From the IMG/VR virus record IMGVR_UViG_3300025626_000006, positions 1 through 64,000 of that record: a stretch of 64,000 nucleotides of DNA; one strand, given 5' to 3'. The notes under the pieces are model-generated. The model worked only from the letters and a program-made list of their open reading frames with translations, was not told the origin of the DNA and did not search any database. The position numbers were made by a program, and so were the translations under genes. This document shows, in pieces, positions 17,704 to 27,388 of the stretch (position 1 is its first letter; each line of letters begins with the position of its first letter). This DNA is from a virus.

Positions 17704-19581
17704 CTAAACCGTGTCATCTCTTAATTGAGATTCATCTAATAAACCACCTTTATCGGTGTTTTTAGTGTCTTCTTTCAAAGATTCAAGTATTACACTTCTT
17801 GATTTTCCTTTAACTTTCTTTAAAGATGTTGTTAAAGCTTCTTTTTGTTCATATGCCAGTGGTGAGTTCTTGTACTTGTGATAAGTAGTAGCTCGTTTTC
17901 TATCTGTATCTTGACCAAGTGGGTCTCTACCAAATGGATTATCATCTGTTTTGTAGTTACCTGATTCTGGAGGTCTTCCAGCACCATCATGACCACCTTG
18001 AGGTGAACCACCCTCTTGTGCAGGTTGGTCACTATCATCACCACTTTGTTGAGATAATGATGCTAAATCATGTGCAGTACCAAATGATTCACCAGTTTTA
18101 ACTGGGTCATTACCTTCATCTTCTATTTGACTATGTCTGAATCCTAATTTAATATCACTAATGACTTTTCCTTGTTCAAGCTTCCACTCGTCATCACTCA
18201 TATTAAATATATTCTTATACATCCACTCTTGAGATAACATATTTAAGTCTTTCATATCTGAAACTAATGATACTTTTTCAGACCAAAGATTTGCTTTCTC
18301 TTGTTCGTATATGATAGATGGGTTAGTAAGTTCTAATTCAAAGTTTACTAAATCTGCGTTTTCATATCCTTGTGAATACAAGTGTACAACAGCTATTTTA
18401 GTTAATTCAGAAAGAACAATTTTTTGAATTCGTTCAACTGTTCTAGCGAAACGAATATCTTGTTGTGCAAGTGTAGCCTTACCTTCAACACCTTCTTCAT
18501 ACCCAATAAAAGCTTTCGGAACTTTCAGAGCAGCCATCATTCTATTTTTTAAATACTCAATATCATCAATACCACCGAATTCCATTCCTTGTAATGAATC
18601 AATTTCAGTACCACTTTGACCACCTCTTACAGGTAGATAGTAATCTTCTAACATATTCATTAAGTTAAACTTTAGATTGTAATCGCCAGTATTTTGGTCT
18701 AAGTAAGGAACTTTTTTCATTTGGTCAATAATACTTCTCATGTGATTATCAACTTCACCAGGAGGAATATTACCAACATCAATTTTAAAGACTCTCTTTT
18801 CAGGCGCTCTCATAATTCTATGAATCATCATAGCATCTTCCATAAGAGTTAATTGCTTCCAAGTCTTTCTAGCACCTTCTAATAGTGAACGACCATAAGG
18901 AAGGAAGTTTGTATCTGACATTAATCTAAAGTGTGCCATTTCATAAAACTCAAAGTACTCAGCATTTTTGTTTACACTTGCACCATGTGCAGCCCCCATT
19001 GACCCCATTTTGAATCTTACTTCATATGGGTTCTCTGGATTAAAACCTTCTTCACGTTCTACTTCATATGCAGACATTGGTGATGCGTTAACAATACCTA
19101 CTTGTTCTTCTATATCAAGATGTAAGTAATAATCACCATACTTGTTCATACCCCTAATCCATGACCATAGATTAAACTCAATGTTTAGTACGTCATAGAA
19201 TAAGTTATGTAATATCTTTTTAATATTCTCGTCATTTGACTTAATACGGATTACATCACCCATATCATTTTTTAGAGTAGTCTCGTCTGAATATATATCT
19301 AATACAGATGCGATGATAGAATCCTTATCCATCGCTTCGTAATCTGTATATAATTCTAATTTATTAGAATGATAGTTGAATTGATTGTTATAGGTTTCCC
19401 AATGTCTTCGAGTGGTATGTAGTCTACCAAATCTGTCGTAGTAAGATGAGCCTCTTAAGTTACCTTGAGACTGGAGTCGTTGCGTATCAATAGCTTGGGT
19501 ATTACCCTTACCTACCCTACGAACTACCACTTGCGTGTTAAATAGTTTCTTTAACCTACCAAATAATGATTTATCTGCCAT
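17704..19581 (-). CDS. gp20: portal protein, T4 gp20-like
   Basis: LMEDAMMIHRIMRAPEKRVFKIDVGN, MLEDYYLPVRG..GTEIDSLQG, DDIEYL...ALKVP. Confidence 0.95.
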   Translation of the reverse strand: MADKSLFGRLKKLFNTQVVVRRVGKGNTQAIDTQRLQSQGNLRGSSYYDRFGRLHTTRRHWETYNNQFNYHSNKLELYTDYEAMDKDSIIASVLDIYSDETTLKNDMGDVIRIKSNDENIKKILHNLFYDVLNIEFNLWSWIRGMNKYGDYYLHLDIEEQVGIVNASPMSAYEVEREEGFNPENPYEVRFKMGSMGAAHGASVNKNAEYFEFYEMAHFRLMSDTNFLPYGRSLLEGARKTWKQLTLMEDAMMIHRIMRAPEKRVFKIDVGNIPPGEVDNHMRSIIDQMKKVPYLDQNTGDYNLKFNLMNMLEDYYLPVRGGQSGTEIDSLQGMEFGGIDDIEYLKNRMMAALKVPKAFIGYEEGVEGKATLAQQDIRFARTVERIQKIVLSELTKIAVVHLYSQGYENADLVNFELELTNPSIIYEQEKANLWSEKVSLVSDMKDLNMLSQEWMYKNIFNMSDDEWKLEQGKVISDIKLGFRHSQIEDEGNDPVKTGESFGTAHDLASLSQQSGDDSDQPAQEGGSPQGGHDGAGRPPESGNYKTDDNPFGRDPLGQDTDRKRATTYHKYKNSPLAYEQKEALTTSLKKVKGKSRSVILESLKEDTKNTDKGGLLDESQLRDDTV

Positions 19582-19619
19582 AATTTTATTTTCTAATAAT
19601 GTGATATAACTCTACAATG

Positions 19620-19653
19620 TATAAATATACAAAAAAAATAGTTTATATCCAAA
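19620..19653 (-). promoter_or_regulatory. composite host-type plus late promoter upstream of the portal
   Basis: TTTG-N20-TATATTTA overlapping TATTTATA. Confidence 0.6.
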
Positions 19654-19654
19654 T

Positions 19655-21229
19655 TTATAGTAACCAAGTTAAATCGTTATCGTTTCCACGTTGGTCTTTT
19701 TGTTTCCATGGGTCACTTCTAAGGTTATGAGACGCATAAGCACCAGGTGAGTTTTTTCTCATATGGGTTAATGTAGTTCTTGTTAAATCCATACCCTGTT
19801 GTCTTAATTTTAATGCCGTATCTCTTACCCAAAGTCCTGTTGAGAATGATATCACCAAATCATCATTGTAACCACGTTGGGCTTCAGCTCTACTACCATT
19901 CCATATAAAAACAAAGAGTTCATCTATTAAACGTTTTGAACGTACAATAGGTGTTCTCTCTCTCATATAAGTATCTAATTTTGAGATAACCAATGGTCGT
20001 GTTCTACTTGTCATTGAGAATCCAGGTACCATATCATCTTTACGTTTTAAATCAAATCCTTTTCGTAAATGAATATCTTCATCAATATAACCAATATCTC
20101 TATATGAATAATATAAGTTTTGATAGTTTCGGTCTATAACTTCTTGAATAACTGCCCAACCTATATTAGCGTTTTCTATAACTAATAAGGCGTTGTTCCA
20201 TTCGGTAGCAACTGAAGTTAAGAATGCCCCATATTGTTTAGTTTCTATTTTACCTTTATATTCGGCAACTTGCTCAACAGTCTCTACATCAAATACATGA
20301 AATGCTGAGTAATCCGTAGAATCACCACGAGCAACATCAGCCACTACTACATAACTTTTTGAATAATTAGGGAAGTCCCATAACCAATAATTTCCATCAA
20401 ATCCTCGTTTTTCAATTGGGTCTTTAACGTGTGTTTCTTCATACCATTGTAGAGTAGAACCCTCAACAACTGTATAACCAGATGAAATGAAGTCACAATC
20501 ACATTCTTGTGCTGCTCCCTTTTCTCCAAGAAGTTTAGTTTGTTCTTCTCTCCATTGTTGATTTCTATCAGGATGTACTGACCAATGTAGTTCTATTGGA
20601 TTCCATTGTTCACCAGCTTGTCCTTGTAACCATACTTTATGAAACCAATTACCAACACCATTAGGGGTAGATAGTACAATTGCACCACCACCAGTAGATA
20701 ATGTAGATTGTGCTGATGTCCAAATTTCTTCTACATTGTCGATAAAGGCAGCCTCATCAATTACTAATAATGATAATGCTTCAGAACGACCAGCATCACC
20801 TGCTGCTGATGTAGCTTTTATTTGAGACCCATTTTTAAGTCTAAGAGAAAGTTTATTATCTTCTTCAGTCTGGCCTTTTAGCCACGATGGTAGATTTTGA
20901 TGCATAAACCTAACTTTGGTAACTAAGTTTTTAGCTACCTCTTGTTTGGTTGCAATTACCAATACGTTCTTGTCTTCGTGAAATAACATTAACCAGAGTG
21001 AATATCCGGCTGATAGTGTTGATATACCTAACTGTCGTGATTTAAGTATTACATTGAATCTTTTTTCAGATACAGCCCCCATTAAGTCTTCTTGGAAATC
21101 ATAAAGATTAAAAAGAATCTTACCACGAGATGGGTGTTGTATATAACAATACTTTCTAAAAAAGTATACGGGGTCTTTAGCACATTTAACGTACTCTTCT
21201 CTTACTATTTCTTTAATAGACTTTGACAT
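19655..21229 (-). CDS. gp17: terminase large subunit, T4 gp17-like
   Basis: KSRQLGIST Walker A, LVIDEAAF Walker B, STPNG motif III, ADVARG and DDLV nuclease motifs. Confidence 0.95.
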   Translation of the reverse strand: MSKSIKEIVREEYVKCAKDPVYFFRKYCYIQHPSRGKILFNLYDFQEDLMGAVSEKRFNVILKSRQLGISTLSAGYSLWLMLFHEDKNVLVIATKQEVAKNLVTKVRFMHQNLPSWLKGQTEEDNKLSLRLKNGSQIKATSAAGDAGRSEALSLLVIDEAAFIDNVEEIWTSAQSTLSTGGGAIVLSTPNGVGNWFHKVWLQGQAGEQWNPIELHWSVHPDRNQQWREEQTKLLGEKGAAQECDCDFISSGYTVVEGSTLQWYEETHVKDPIEKRGFDGNYWLWDFPNYSKSYVVVADVARGDSTDYSAFHVFDVETVEQVAEYKGKIETKQYGAFLTSVATEWNNALLVIENANIGWAVIQEVIDRNYQNLYYSYRDIGYIDEDIHLRKGFDLKRKDDMVPGFSMTSRTRPLVISKLDTYMRERTPIVRSKRLIDELFVFIWNGSRAEAQRGYNDDLVISFSTGLWVRDTALKLRQQGMDLTRTTLTHMRKNSPGAYASHNLRSDPWKQKDQRGNDNDLTWLL

Positions 21230-21232
21230 AGG

Positions 21233-21835
21233 TTATTTTTTACCGAATTGAAGTCGCCAATAAAGTCTACCTGTAATGATTGGTTCTAAATTCTGATTTA
21301 CACCAATTCCTAACCCATATACATTATCTTTTTTAGACTTGTAAAGTAAGTCTCCAGATAAAAAGTTTATTTGTGATTTATTTCCACCTATACTAACACC
21401 ACCAAAGAATTTACTTTGATTTAAATAAATATCATTGGTTATTGTAGTAGTTGGTATTAATATTTGACTATCAAATCGTCTACTAAAGATTTTGTTCTGA
21501 GTAATTGTGTCCATAATAACAACATACCCTAAGCTATCTAGCTTAAGGGTATCTTGATAAACATACTTAGAATAATAATCTTTTAATATTGCTAAAGTAT
21601 CTATTTTGTATTTTTTAAAAACAGTATCAGTAATAGTGTTCGTTCGAATAACAGTCTTAACCTTTGGTACAAAAACCCGCTTTTCAACTTCTAAAGTATC
21701 GTATCTTACTTCTACTTTAGTTATTACTTTTTCAATTGGGTCAGATGAGCCAAGCCCACCACAGGTTTTTAATAAGACTAAAATTACTAAAACAAGGATT
21801 ACTAATGTTTGTATATTGCCTACAAACTTTTTCAT
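21233..21835 (-). CDS. putative lipoprotein / exported protein (possible lysis or spanin-like component)
   Basis: Basic N-terminus, hydrophobic stretch, LLKTC lipobox-like Cys, amphipathic beta-strand C-terminus. Confidence 0.55.
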   Translation of the reverse strand: MKKFVGNIQTLVILVLVILVLLKTCGGLGSSDPIEKVITKVEVRYDTLEVEKRVFVPKVKTVIRTNTITDTVFKKYKIDTLAILKDYYSKYVYQDTLKLDSLGYVVIMDTITQNKIFSRRFDSQILIPTTTITNDIYLNQSKFFGGVSIGGNKSQINFLSGDLLYKSKKDNVYGLGIGVNQNLEPIITGRLYWRLQFGKK

Positions 21836-21847
21836 AGTAATTCCTTA

Positions 21848-22291
21848 TTAGTTTTTAGATTTACCGTTACCTCTACCAGAACCTGATGATTTTCTTCCAC
21901 GTCCTTTACCTGAACCTGATGAAGCTTTTCTTCCACGTCCTTTGCCAGAACCTGATGAAGCTTTTCTTCCACGTCCTTTGCCAGAACCTGATGATGGTTT
22001 TCTACCTTTTCTTGATTTACCTTTTACAGCATCAACTACGTCATCTACTTGGTTTACTAATTCTTTAGCTTCTTTTTTAACGTCAGCCAATTCTTCTTTT
22101 ACTCTTTTAGCTCTACGCTTAACTTCGTTTTTAGTTTTGTTGACTTTTTTCTTAACGTCAGCAATTTTGTCTTCAACTACGTCTGCTACTAAGTCATTGT
22201 CTTCGTCTTTAATCTTACCAGTTTTGATAAGGAAGAAGTATACTCCTGCAGCTACTGCTAGTACACCTAAAATAATTAAAATTGTGGTCAT
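21848..22291 (-). CDS. membrane-anchored coiled-coil protein with basic repetitive tail
   Basis: N-terminal TM helix, heptad K/E region, C-terminal SSGSGKGRGRK repeats. Confidence 0.7.
   Translation of the reverse strand: MTTILIILGVLAVAAGVYFFLIKTGKIKDEDNDLVADVVEDKIADVKKKVNKTKNEVKRRAKRVKEELADVKKEAKELVNQVDDVVDAVKGKSRKGRKPSSGSGKGRGRKASSGSGKGRGRKASSGSGKGRGRKSSGSGRGNGKSKN
21876..21994. repeat. 36-bp tandem repeat (3 copies plus a partial) encoding (A)SSGSGKGRGRK
   Basis: Unit ttttcttccacgtcctttgccagaacctgatgaagc. Confidence 0.9.
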
Positions 22292-22368
22292 AATTTACCT
22301 TTTTATTGTTTAACTTTGTTTATGTTCCCATTAGAGGAACTATTTAATAAATATGTGAATAAAATTAA

Positions 22369-23373
22369 TTAATCACTTTTAGTAGTTTGTGTCTGAGTTT
22401 CTTCGTTTGATTCGATGATAGAATCATCAGGCACTTTTCTTACACTATCAGTTATAGATTCTAATATATCATACAATGTATCATCATTTAAGCTTGGAAT
22501 TAGATTTGAAATCGATGAGGTTAGACTTTTAACTAACGCAGTAAATACACTATAATTACCCATTTCAAATACCGACTTACTATTCCATAAATGGAACATA
22601 CTATTATTAACACCTTCCATTAATTGTGGTAATGGCATATTGTAGTCTTGTGGTTTGAATCCAGCAATATGAGATAATATTGGTAAAAGTGATTTAGAGC
22701 TGAAGTTTTCATTTGTTTGCTGTTCTAATAAAATCATAGCTGATAGTAGCCATTGTTCTGATGTTAACTGAGCTCCATTTTTATGTGTATATCTGACCTC
22801 ATCTTCTGTCAACGTCATTCTACCCTCATTATTTGTTACGAATTCAAAATATCGGTCAAGGTATTTCTGTAAGAATGAAATATCTGTCCATATTGATAAT
22901 GCTGTATTTACTGGTAGTGAATTTAGAAATCCACTCAACTCAATTTCACTCCATTTAAAATCATCAGAATGTTCTAATTTAGTTGGAAATGGATATGTGG
23001 TTGGATTTTCTTGATGTAAAAACACAACAGAGTCGTCTATCATTTGTAATTTTTTATGAAATACAAAATCAGTATCTAAATTAACAAATGGTGTTGTTTG
23101 ATTTTTCATTACCCATAACTTAGGGGTTGCCCAAAATACTTTATTATTAATATTAGATGGGTATCTGTCTAATACATCAGTATCTATTTTATCGTATAAC
23201 TTATCTATACCATAACTTTTGTATTCACTAAGTGTTTTAGTGTTTGTGTACAACCACAATGTATCTGAGGGGTTGTGGTGTTTCCAACTGAGTGCGCTTA
23301 ATACTTGAGTAAGTAAAGATACCTCAGTAATCTTAGTGTCATCATGTGAGATGAACGTATGTATAACTTTCAT
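22369..23373 (-). CDS. GT-A-like nucleotide-sugar transferase (DUF6734-like)
   Basis: LSALSW..LYT, FWATPKLW..PFVNLDTDF (DxD), EQWLL, FHLW. Confidence 0.6.
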   Translation of the reverse strand: MKVIHTFISHDDTKITEVSLLTQVLSALSWKHHNPSDTLWLYTNTKTLSEYKSYGIDKLYDKIDTDVLDRYPSNINNKVFWATPKLWVMKNQTTPFVNLDTDFVFHKKLQMIDDSVVFLHQENPTTYPFPTKLEHSDDFKWSEIELSGFLNSLPVNTALSIWTDISFLQKYLDRYFEFVTNNEGRMTLTEDEVRYTHKNGAQLTSEQWLLSAMILLEQQTNENFSSKSLLPILSHIAGFKPQDYNMPLPQLMEGVNNSMFHLWNSKSVFEMGNYSVFTALVKSLTSSISNLIPSLNDDTLYDILESITDSVRKVPDDSIIESNEETQTQTTKSD

Positions 23374-23422
23374 AACTGTTTTGTTTGTATATAAATATTA
23401 AAAATAATTTAATGAATGTAGA

Positions 23423-25774
23423 TTACCATTTTCTACAAGACCAATATCTAGCCTTATGTCTTGGTCCAGGATTATCACAATTGTGTCTAGCTCTAAATGC
23501 TTTTCTAGCATCAGGATTATTTTTTCTGATTGACATTGTTTTACCTTTAGCTGAAGACCCACCGTGTCCAAAGTTTACTTTTACAACATTACCCTTTGGA
23601 TTCTTAACGTATACTTTAAACTTTTTAACATCACCCTGCATTGGCTTACCTAACTTAACATCTCTACCTTGGTATTCTGCTTCGTTAATATCACTTTTGT
23701 ATTCTTTCATAAAGTTTACAAAGTCTTTAGCTTCTTCAATTGTATCAACATCATATTCTTGTACATACTCGGTAAATAGTATTCTTCCTGAACTATCTTC
23801 GAGTGCTACTAAATCATTTGGATGTTTTTTCTTCAATACTCTAAACATAGCTGGTGCTTCATTTGGGTTTTGAATGTGTACTTGGTCAATAACTTTTCCG
23901 TTTCTTGATATTACAAGTGAATATGGATTGGGTCTGTTTCTTACAGCTTTCTTTATGTCACCAAGCTTTGCTTCATTTACATCATTATATAAATCAGTTG
24001 CCCAATTAATAGTGTCAGAGTTTTTCTTGATTTGCTTTCCATACTCTTTAAAGAATTTCTTTAAAAAGTCATCTAAAGTCTTAGCTTGCTTTGACATCAT
24101 ATTGATATCACTCATCACACCTTCTTTGAGTCCTTCAGGTAATGAGTTGGAGTATTTTTTAGCTCCACTTAGTGATGGGTGTGAACCAATGTGTTTAACT
24201 ACCTTACCTTTTTTATCTACAATCTGCATAAGAAACTTATCTTCTTTTTCAGGCCTTCTCATACCTTTCATATCTCTATCGATTACTTGAAAGATATTAC
24301 CACTTTTTAATTTCTTTTCAAAGTGTACTTTAGCTTCGTTAATAGATTCACCAAGTTGGTTATGATATTTCTTATCTATATTTTTTTTGAGAGTTTTCTC
24401 ATCTTTAAAATATGCAGTTATTAATCCTTTAAATCCTTTTTGTGGTGAAATGTAAAATCCATCTTTTTTATACTCAGATTTTCCTTTAGAATCTTTTGGT
24501 TCTTCGCCAACTATAAGTAAAAAGTGTCTACCTTTATCATCTGTGATTGAATACGAATCATTTTCGTTTACTGATTCAGATAATGGATTCATATTTTTAT
24601 CAGTAATGATATATGCTGTCATCTGTCCACCCATAGAACCACCCCTTTGGAGTTTCTCTACTTCTTTTTGAGCGTCTTTGTATGATTTAAACTCTTTTGG
24701 TTTATCGCTAGTTTTTTGCTTTTTTATATCGTAATGTCTAATTAATGCTTTACCCTGCCCTCTACCTAAGTTACGAGTAATGTAATATTTAGCTTCGTTT
24801 AATATAGAAGTAAGTTTCATTGAGTTAGATTCTGTGGTTAATCTTTTTTTGTATTTTTTTGCCAGCTTCATCGCTGCTTTTACTATACCTTTAAAATCTT
24901 TAGCATCATCATCTGAAACTTTACCAGCATCAAATCCCTCAATACTAACGTAGTATGGTTTATCTTCATCTTCATATTTACCAACATACAGCATCAAATC
25001 TTCACCACCATCAAATGCGAAGTTACTATTACCACCATGATATCTAGTATCATCAGGTTCAGAATCAACACCTACACCCACTGCTCTTTCTAAAGCTTTT
25101 CTAACAATTTCTTGCTCTTTATCTGTTAGCATTGGTTCTGCTCTTTCATTCAATACAGATTCTTTAATTGATTCCATTAAACCAATTGCAATATCACCAA
25201 CTTCTCTATCTGCTTTATCAACATACTTTTTATTTACAATAGCGATAGGTAGTTTATCAAGTTTGTACATTGGAATCATTGATGTAGAAAAAGAATACTT
25301 AACTTTATGTTTCTTTAATTGATTACCAACATCCATAAATGAACTAGCTTTAGAAACTAAATCTTCGATAACATCTAACATACCATCGTATTTACCTTCG
25401 TTTACTGATTCCTTCTTCATAAGTTTGTAAGCCATATGTCCCATCATTACGATACCACTCTTAACAAACTTATCTTTATTAGATTGTTGTTTAAGTGCAT
25501 CATATACTTGAACCATTAGGTTTGCTGAATTCATATCAACTCTTACCTTCTTACCACTCTTAGTATCTTTAATCATATCGTTTTGTTTATTCTTTACGAT
25601 TTTTCTTAATTGAGTAATTACTTCAGGTTCTTTAGCTTCGTTTACAAATGATGTTGCGTAAGGATTAGAAATAACTTTTCCTAATTCAGGAGTAAATCCA
25701 TACTTTTCTTCCATAAATGATTTAACATTATGGTATTCTTCTTTTACAAGCTTTTTTAAATCAGATTTTTTCAT
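23423..25774 (-). CDS. multi-module putative internal head polyprotein
   Basis: Ten K-rich modules separated by [VIL]-[NK]-E linkers. The C-terminal FRARHNC..KARYWSC module is of a type I recognise from T4-like aquatic phages. Confidence 0.7.
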   Translation of the reverse strand: MKKSDLKKLVKEEYHNVKSFMEEKYGFTPELGKVISNPYATSFVNEAKEPEVITQLRKIVKNKQNDMIKDTKSGKKVRVDMNSANLMVQVYDALKQQSNKDKFVKSGIVMMGHMAYKLMKKESVNEGKYDGMLDVIEDLVSKASSFMDVGNQLKKHKVKYSFSTSMIPMYKLDKLPIAIVNKKYVDKADREVGDIAIGLMESIKESVLNERAEPMLTDKEQEIVRKALERAVGVGVDSEPDDTRYHGGNSNFAFDGGEDLMLYVGKYEDEDKPYYVSIEGFDAGKVSDDDAKDFKGIVKAAMKLAKKYKKRLTTESNSMKLTSILNEAKYYITRNLGRGQGKALIRHYDIKKQKTSDKPKEFKSYKDAQKEVEKLQRGGSMGGQMTAYIITDKNMNPLSESVNENDSYSITDDKGRHFLLIVGEEPKDSKGKSEYKKDGFYISPQKGFKGLITAYFKDEKTLKKNIDKKYHNQLGESINEAKVHFEKKLKSGNIFQVIDRDMKGMRRPEKEDKFLMQIVDKKGKVVKHIGSHPSLSGAKKYSNSLPEGLKEGVMSDINMMSKQAKTLDDFLKKFFKEYGKQIKKNSDTINWATDLYNDVNEAKLGDIKKAVRNRPNPYSLVISRNGKVIDQVHIQNPNEAPAMFRVLKKKHPNDLVALEDSSGRILFTEYVQEYDVDTIEEAKDFVNFMKEYKSDINEAEYQGRDVKLGKPMQGDVKKFKVYVKNPKGNVVKVNFGHGGSSAKGKTMSIRKNNPDARKAFRARHNCDNPGPRHKARYWSCRKW

Positions 25775-25783
25775 AGGATTCCT

Positions 25784-26359
25784 TTAGCAAGATTTCCAAC
25801 CACCACCGTTGGCTTTATATTTTTTAGCAGCCCACCCATTAGCATATGCTGATGGGTATACATCAAACTTAGCTTTAGCTTGTGATTTAGCTGAACTCCA
25901 CTTAGCTGAATCAGTTGGACAATTTTTTTCTTGAAGTTTTTCAACCTCTTCGCCTAATTGTTTGAGTTCTCTAACTGCTCTAAGGTCATTATATCTTTCA
26001 ACGAGGTTTTCATTTTTTAAATCAGATATTGATTTTCCTTTTTGCCCACCTATCCACATTGATACAAAGAATCCAATTGCATCAAGAATGTCGTGACCAT
26101 CCCACTTAGCAGCAGCAGCGATATCCATTCCATGGTTTTCTAAATTATCTTCCCATGAGCGATTACCATAATATTTAGCTTTTTTAGCTTTTGGAAAAAG
26201 TTTATCTACTTTCTTAGCCGTACTATGAAAGTTTGCATCAGTTAATGCACCTTTTAGTATAAAGGATATTGCGTGATGTCCTTCTGGTGAAGATGCTGAC
26301 GTTCCTTTGAAATACGCGTCTAAATCTTTTTTAACTTTTTTATTTAATCTTGGATTCAT
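25784..26359 (-). CDS. putative internal head protein with C-terminal YPSAYA..YK..GGGW module
   Basis: Two modules separated by LKNENLVE / LQE. Confidence 0.55.
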   Translation of the reverse strand: MNPRLNKKVKKDLDAYFKGTSASSPEGHHAISFILKGALTDANFHSTAKKVDKLFPKAKKAKYYGNRSWEDNLENHGMDIAAAAKWDGHDILDAIGFFVSMWIGGQKGKSISDLKNENLVERYNDLRAVRELKQLGEEVEKLQEKNCPTDSAKWSSAKSQAKAKFDVYPSAYANGWAAKKYKANGGGWKSC

Positions 26360-26361
26360 TG

Positions 26362-26772
26362 TTATGCTCCTGTTTTACTATTTGTAGGTTTTTTACCTTT
26401 AGTTTTGTTACCACCTTTTTTGGCGTCACCACTTTTCTTTTGTGCTCTTCGCTTTCTACCAACAAAGGTTTTACGACCATCTGGTCCAAGTTTAGCGGCT
26501 TTTTCTTTTGATAAACAGGCCGCATATGCACCACCTTCTTTACCATCACCACACTTACCTAGCTTCTGACCATCACTTCCGTATCTATCCCATCCACCAC
26601 CTGAGGTTGTTCCTGTTTTACCTTTACCAAACCACTTACGAAGGTCTTCGTTCATAAGGTTTTCTTTAACTAATATTTCATATACATCGGAAATGGTGTA
26701 CTCCACAGCTAATTCATGTGGGACACCATCATTATGATATACTTCATATATGTCGTTAACAAGTTTACTCAT
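26362..26772 (-). CDS. putative internal head protein (acidic leader plus basic LRKWF..GGW..CG module)
   Basis: LVKENLMNE linker followed by a very basic domain. Confidence 0.55.
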   Translation of the reverse strand: MSKLVNDIYEVYHNDGVPHELAVEYTISDVYEILVKENLMNEDLRKWFGKGKTGTTSGGGWDRYGSDGQKLGKCGDGKEGGAYAACLSKEKAAKLGPDGRKTFVGRKRRAQKKSGDAKKGGNKTKGKKPTNSKTGA

Positions 26773-27352
26773 CTTCAGTTTCCAGCTTAGCTATAAAGTT
26801 ATTTTGAAATAACTCAAATTCGCTATCTATTTTTTCTTCCAACTCCGGCCAAGACATCCCATCCCATTCTTCAAACGAACCATCTTCGTTTATGAACTTA
26901 GCTTTCATTGCTGATTTTAAAGCTTCTTTTTCAAGTTTAGCTTGTGTTAACCAAGCCTTACCATTCTGTAACATTTTTGTACTTTCATAAGCCCCATATC
27001 CACCATTTAATTTAAGCTCATGTTCCATATTGATTACACAATCGAAACATTTACCATGAATGACCTTCATTTTCTGGTCATTTCTTTTTGGATTAGTACA
27101 AGTACAAACTTCTTTATCACAATTTGGGAATGAGTTTAAGTCGTTTCTTAACTCTGAAAGTTTACCAAGTTTAACTTTGTAACCTTTCTTTTGTTCCCAA
27201 CTATTTCCATCTTCATCTACCCAAGTTTCTCCAACTTCACGTTTGATAAAAGACTTCACCTCACTAAAACCTATTGTTTTTTTAGTTTGGCTTTTATGTG
27301 TACCAGCAATCATTTCTGATACTGCTTTTACATTTTTTAATTTTTTTGACAT
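26765..27352 (-). CDS. hypothetical protein with Cys cluster (possible Zn binding)
   Basis: GETW.D..G..WEQK motif; CxxxxCxC and CFDC. Confidence 0.6.
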   Translation of the reverse strand: MSKKLKNVKAVSEMIAGTHKSQTKKTIGFSEVKSFIKREVGETWVDEDGNSWEQKKGYKVKLGKLSELRNDLNSFPNCDKEVCTCTNPKRNDQKMKVIHGKCFDCVINMEHELKLNGGYGAYESTKMLQNGKAWLTQAKLEKEALKSAMKAKFINEDGSFEEWDGMSWPELEEKIDSEFELFQNNFIAKLETEDE

Positions 27353-27388
27353 AACTTGATTTTAGTTCTTTATATAAATATACGAAAA

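Noticed and set aside
21233-22291. Terminase small subunit upstream of the large subunit
   Set aside because: Both upstream genes encode membrane or exported proteins; no small terminase is recognisable here.
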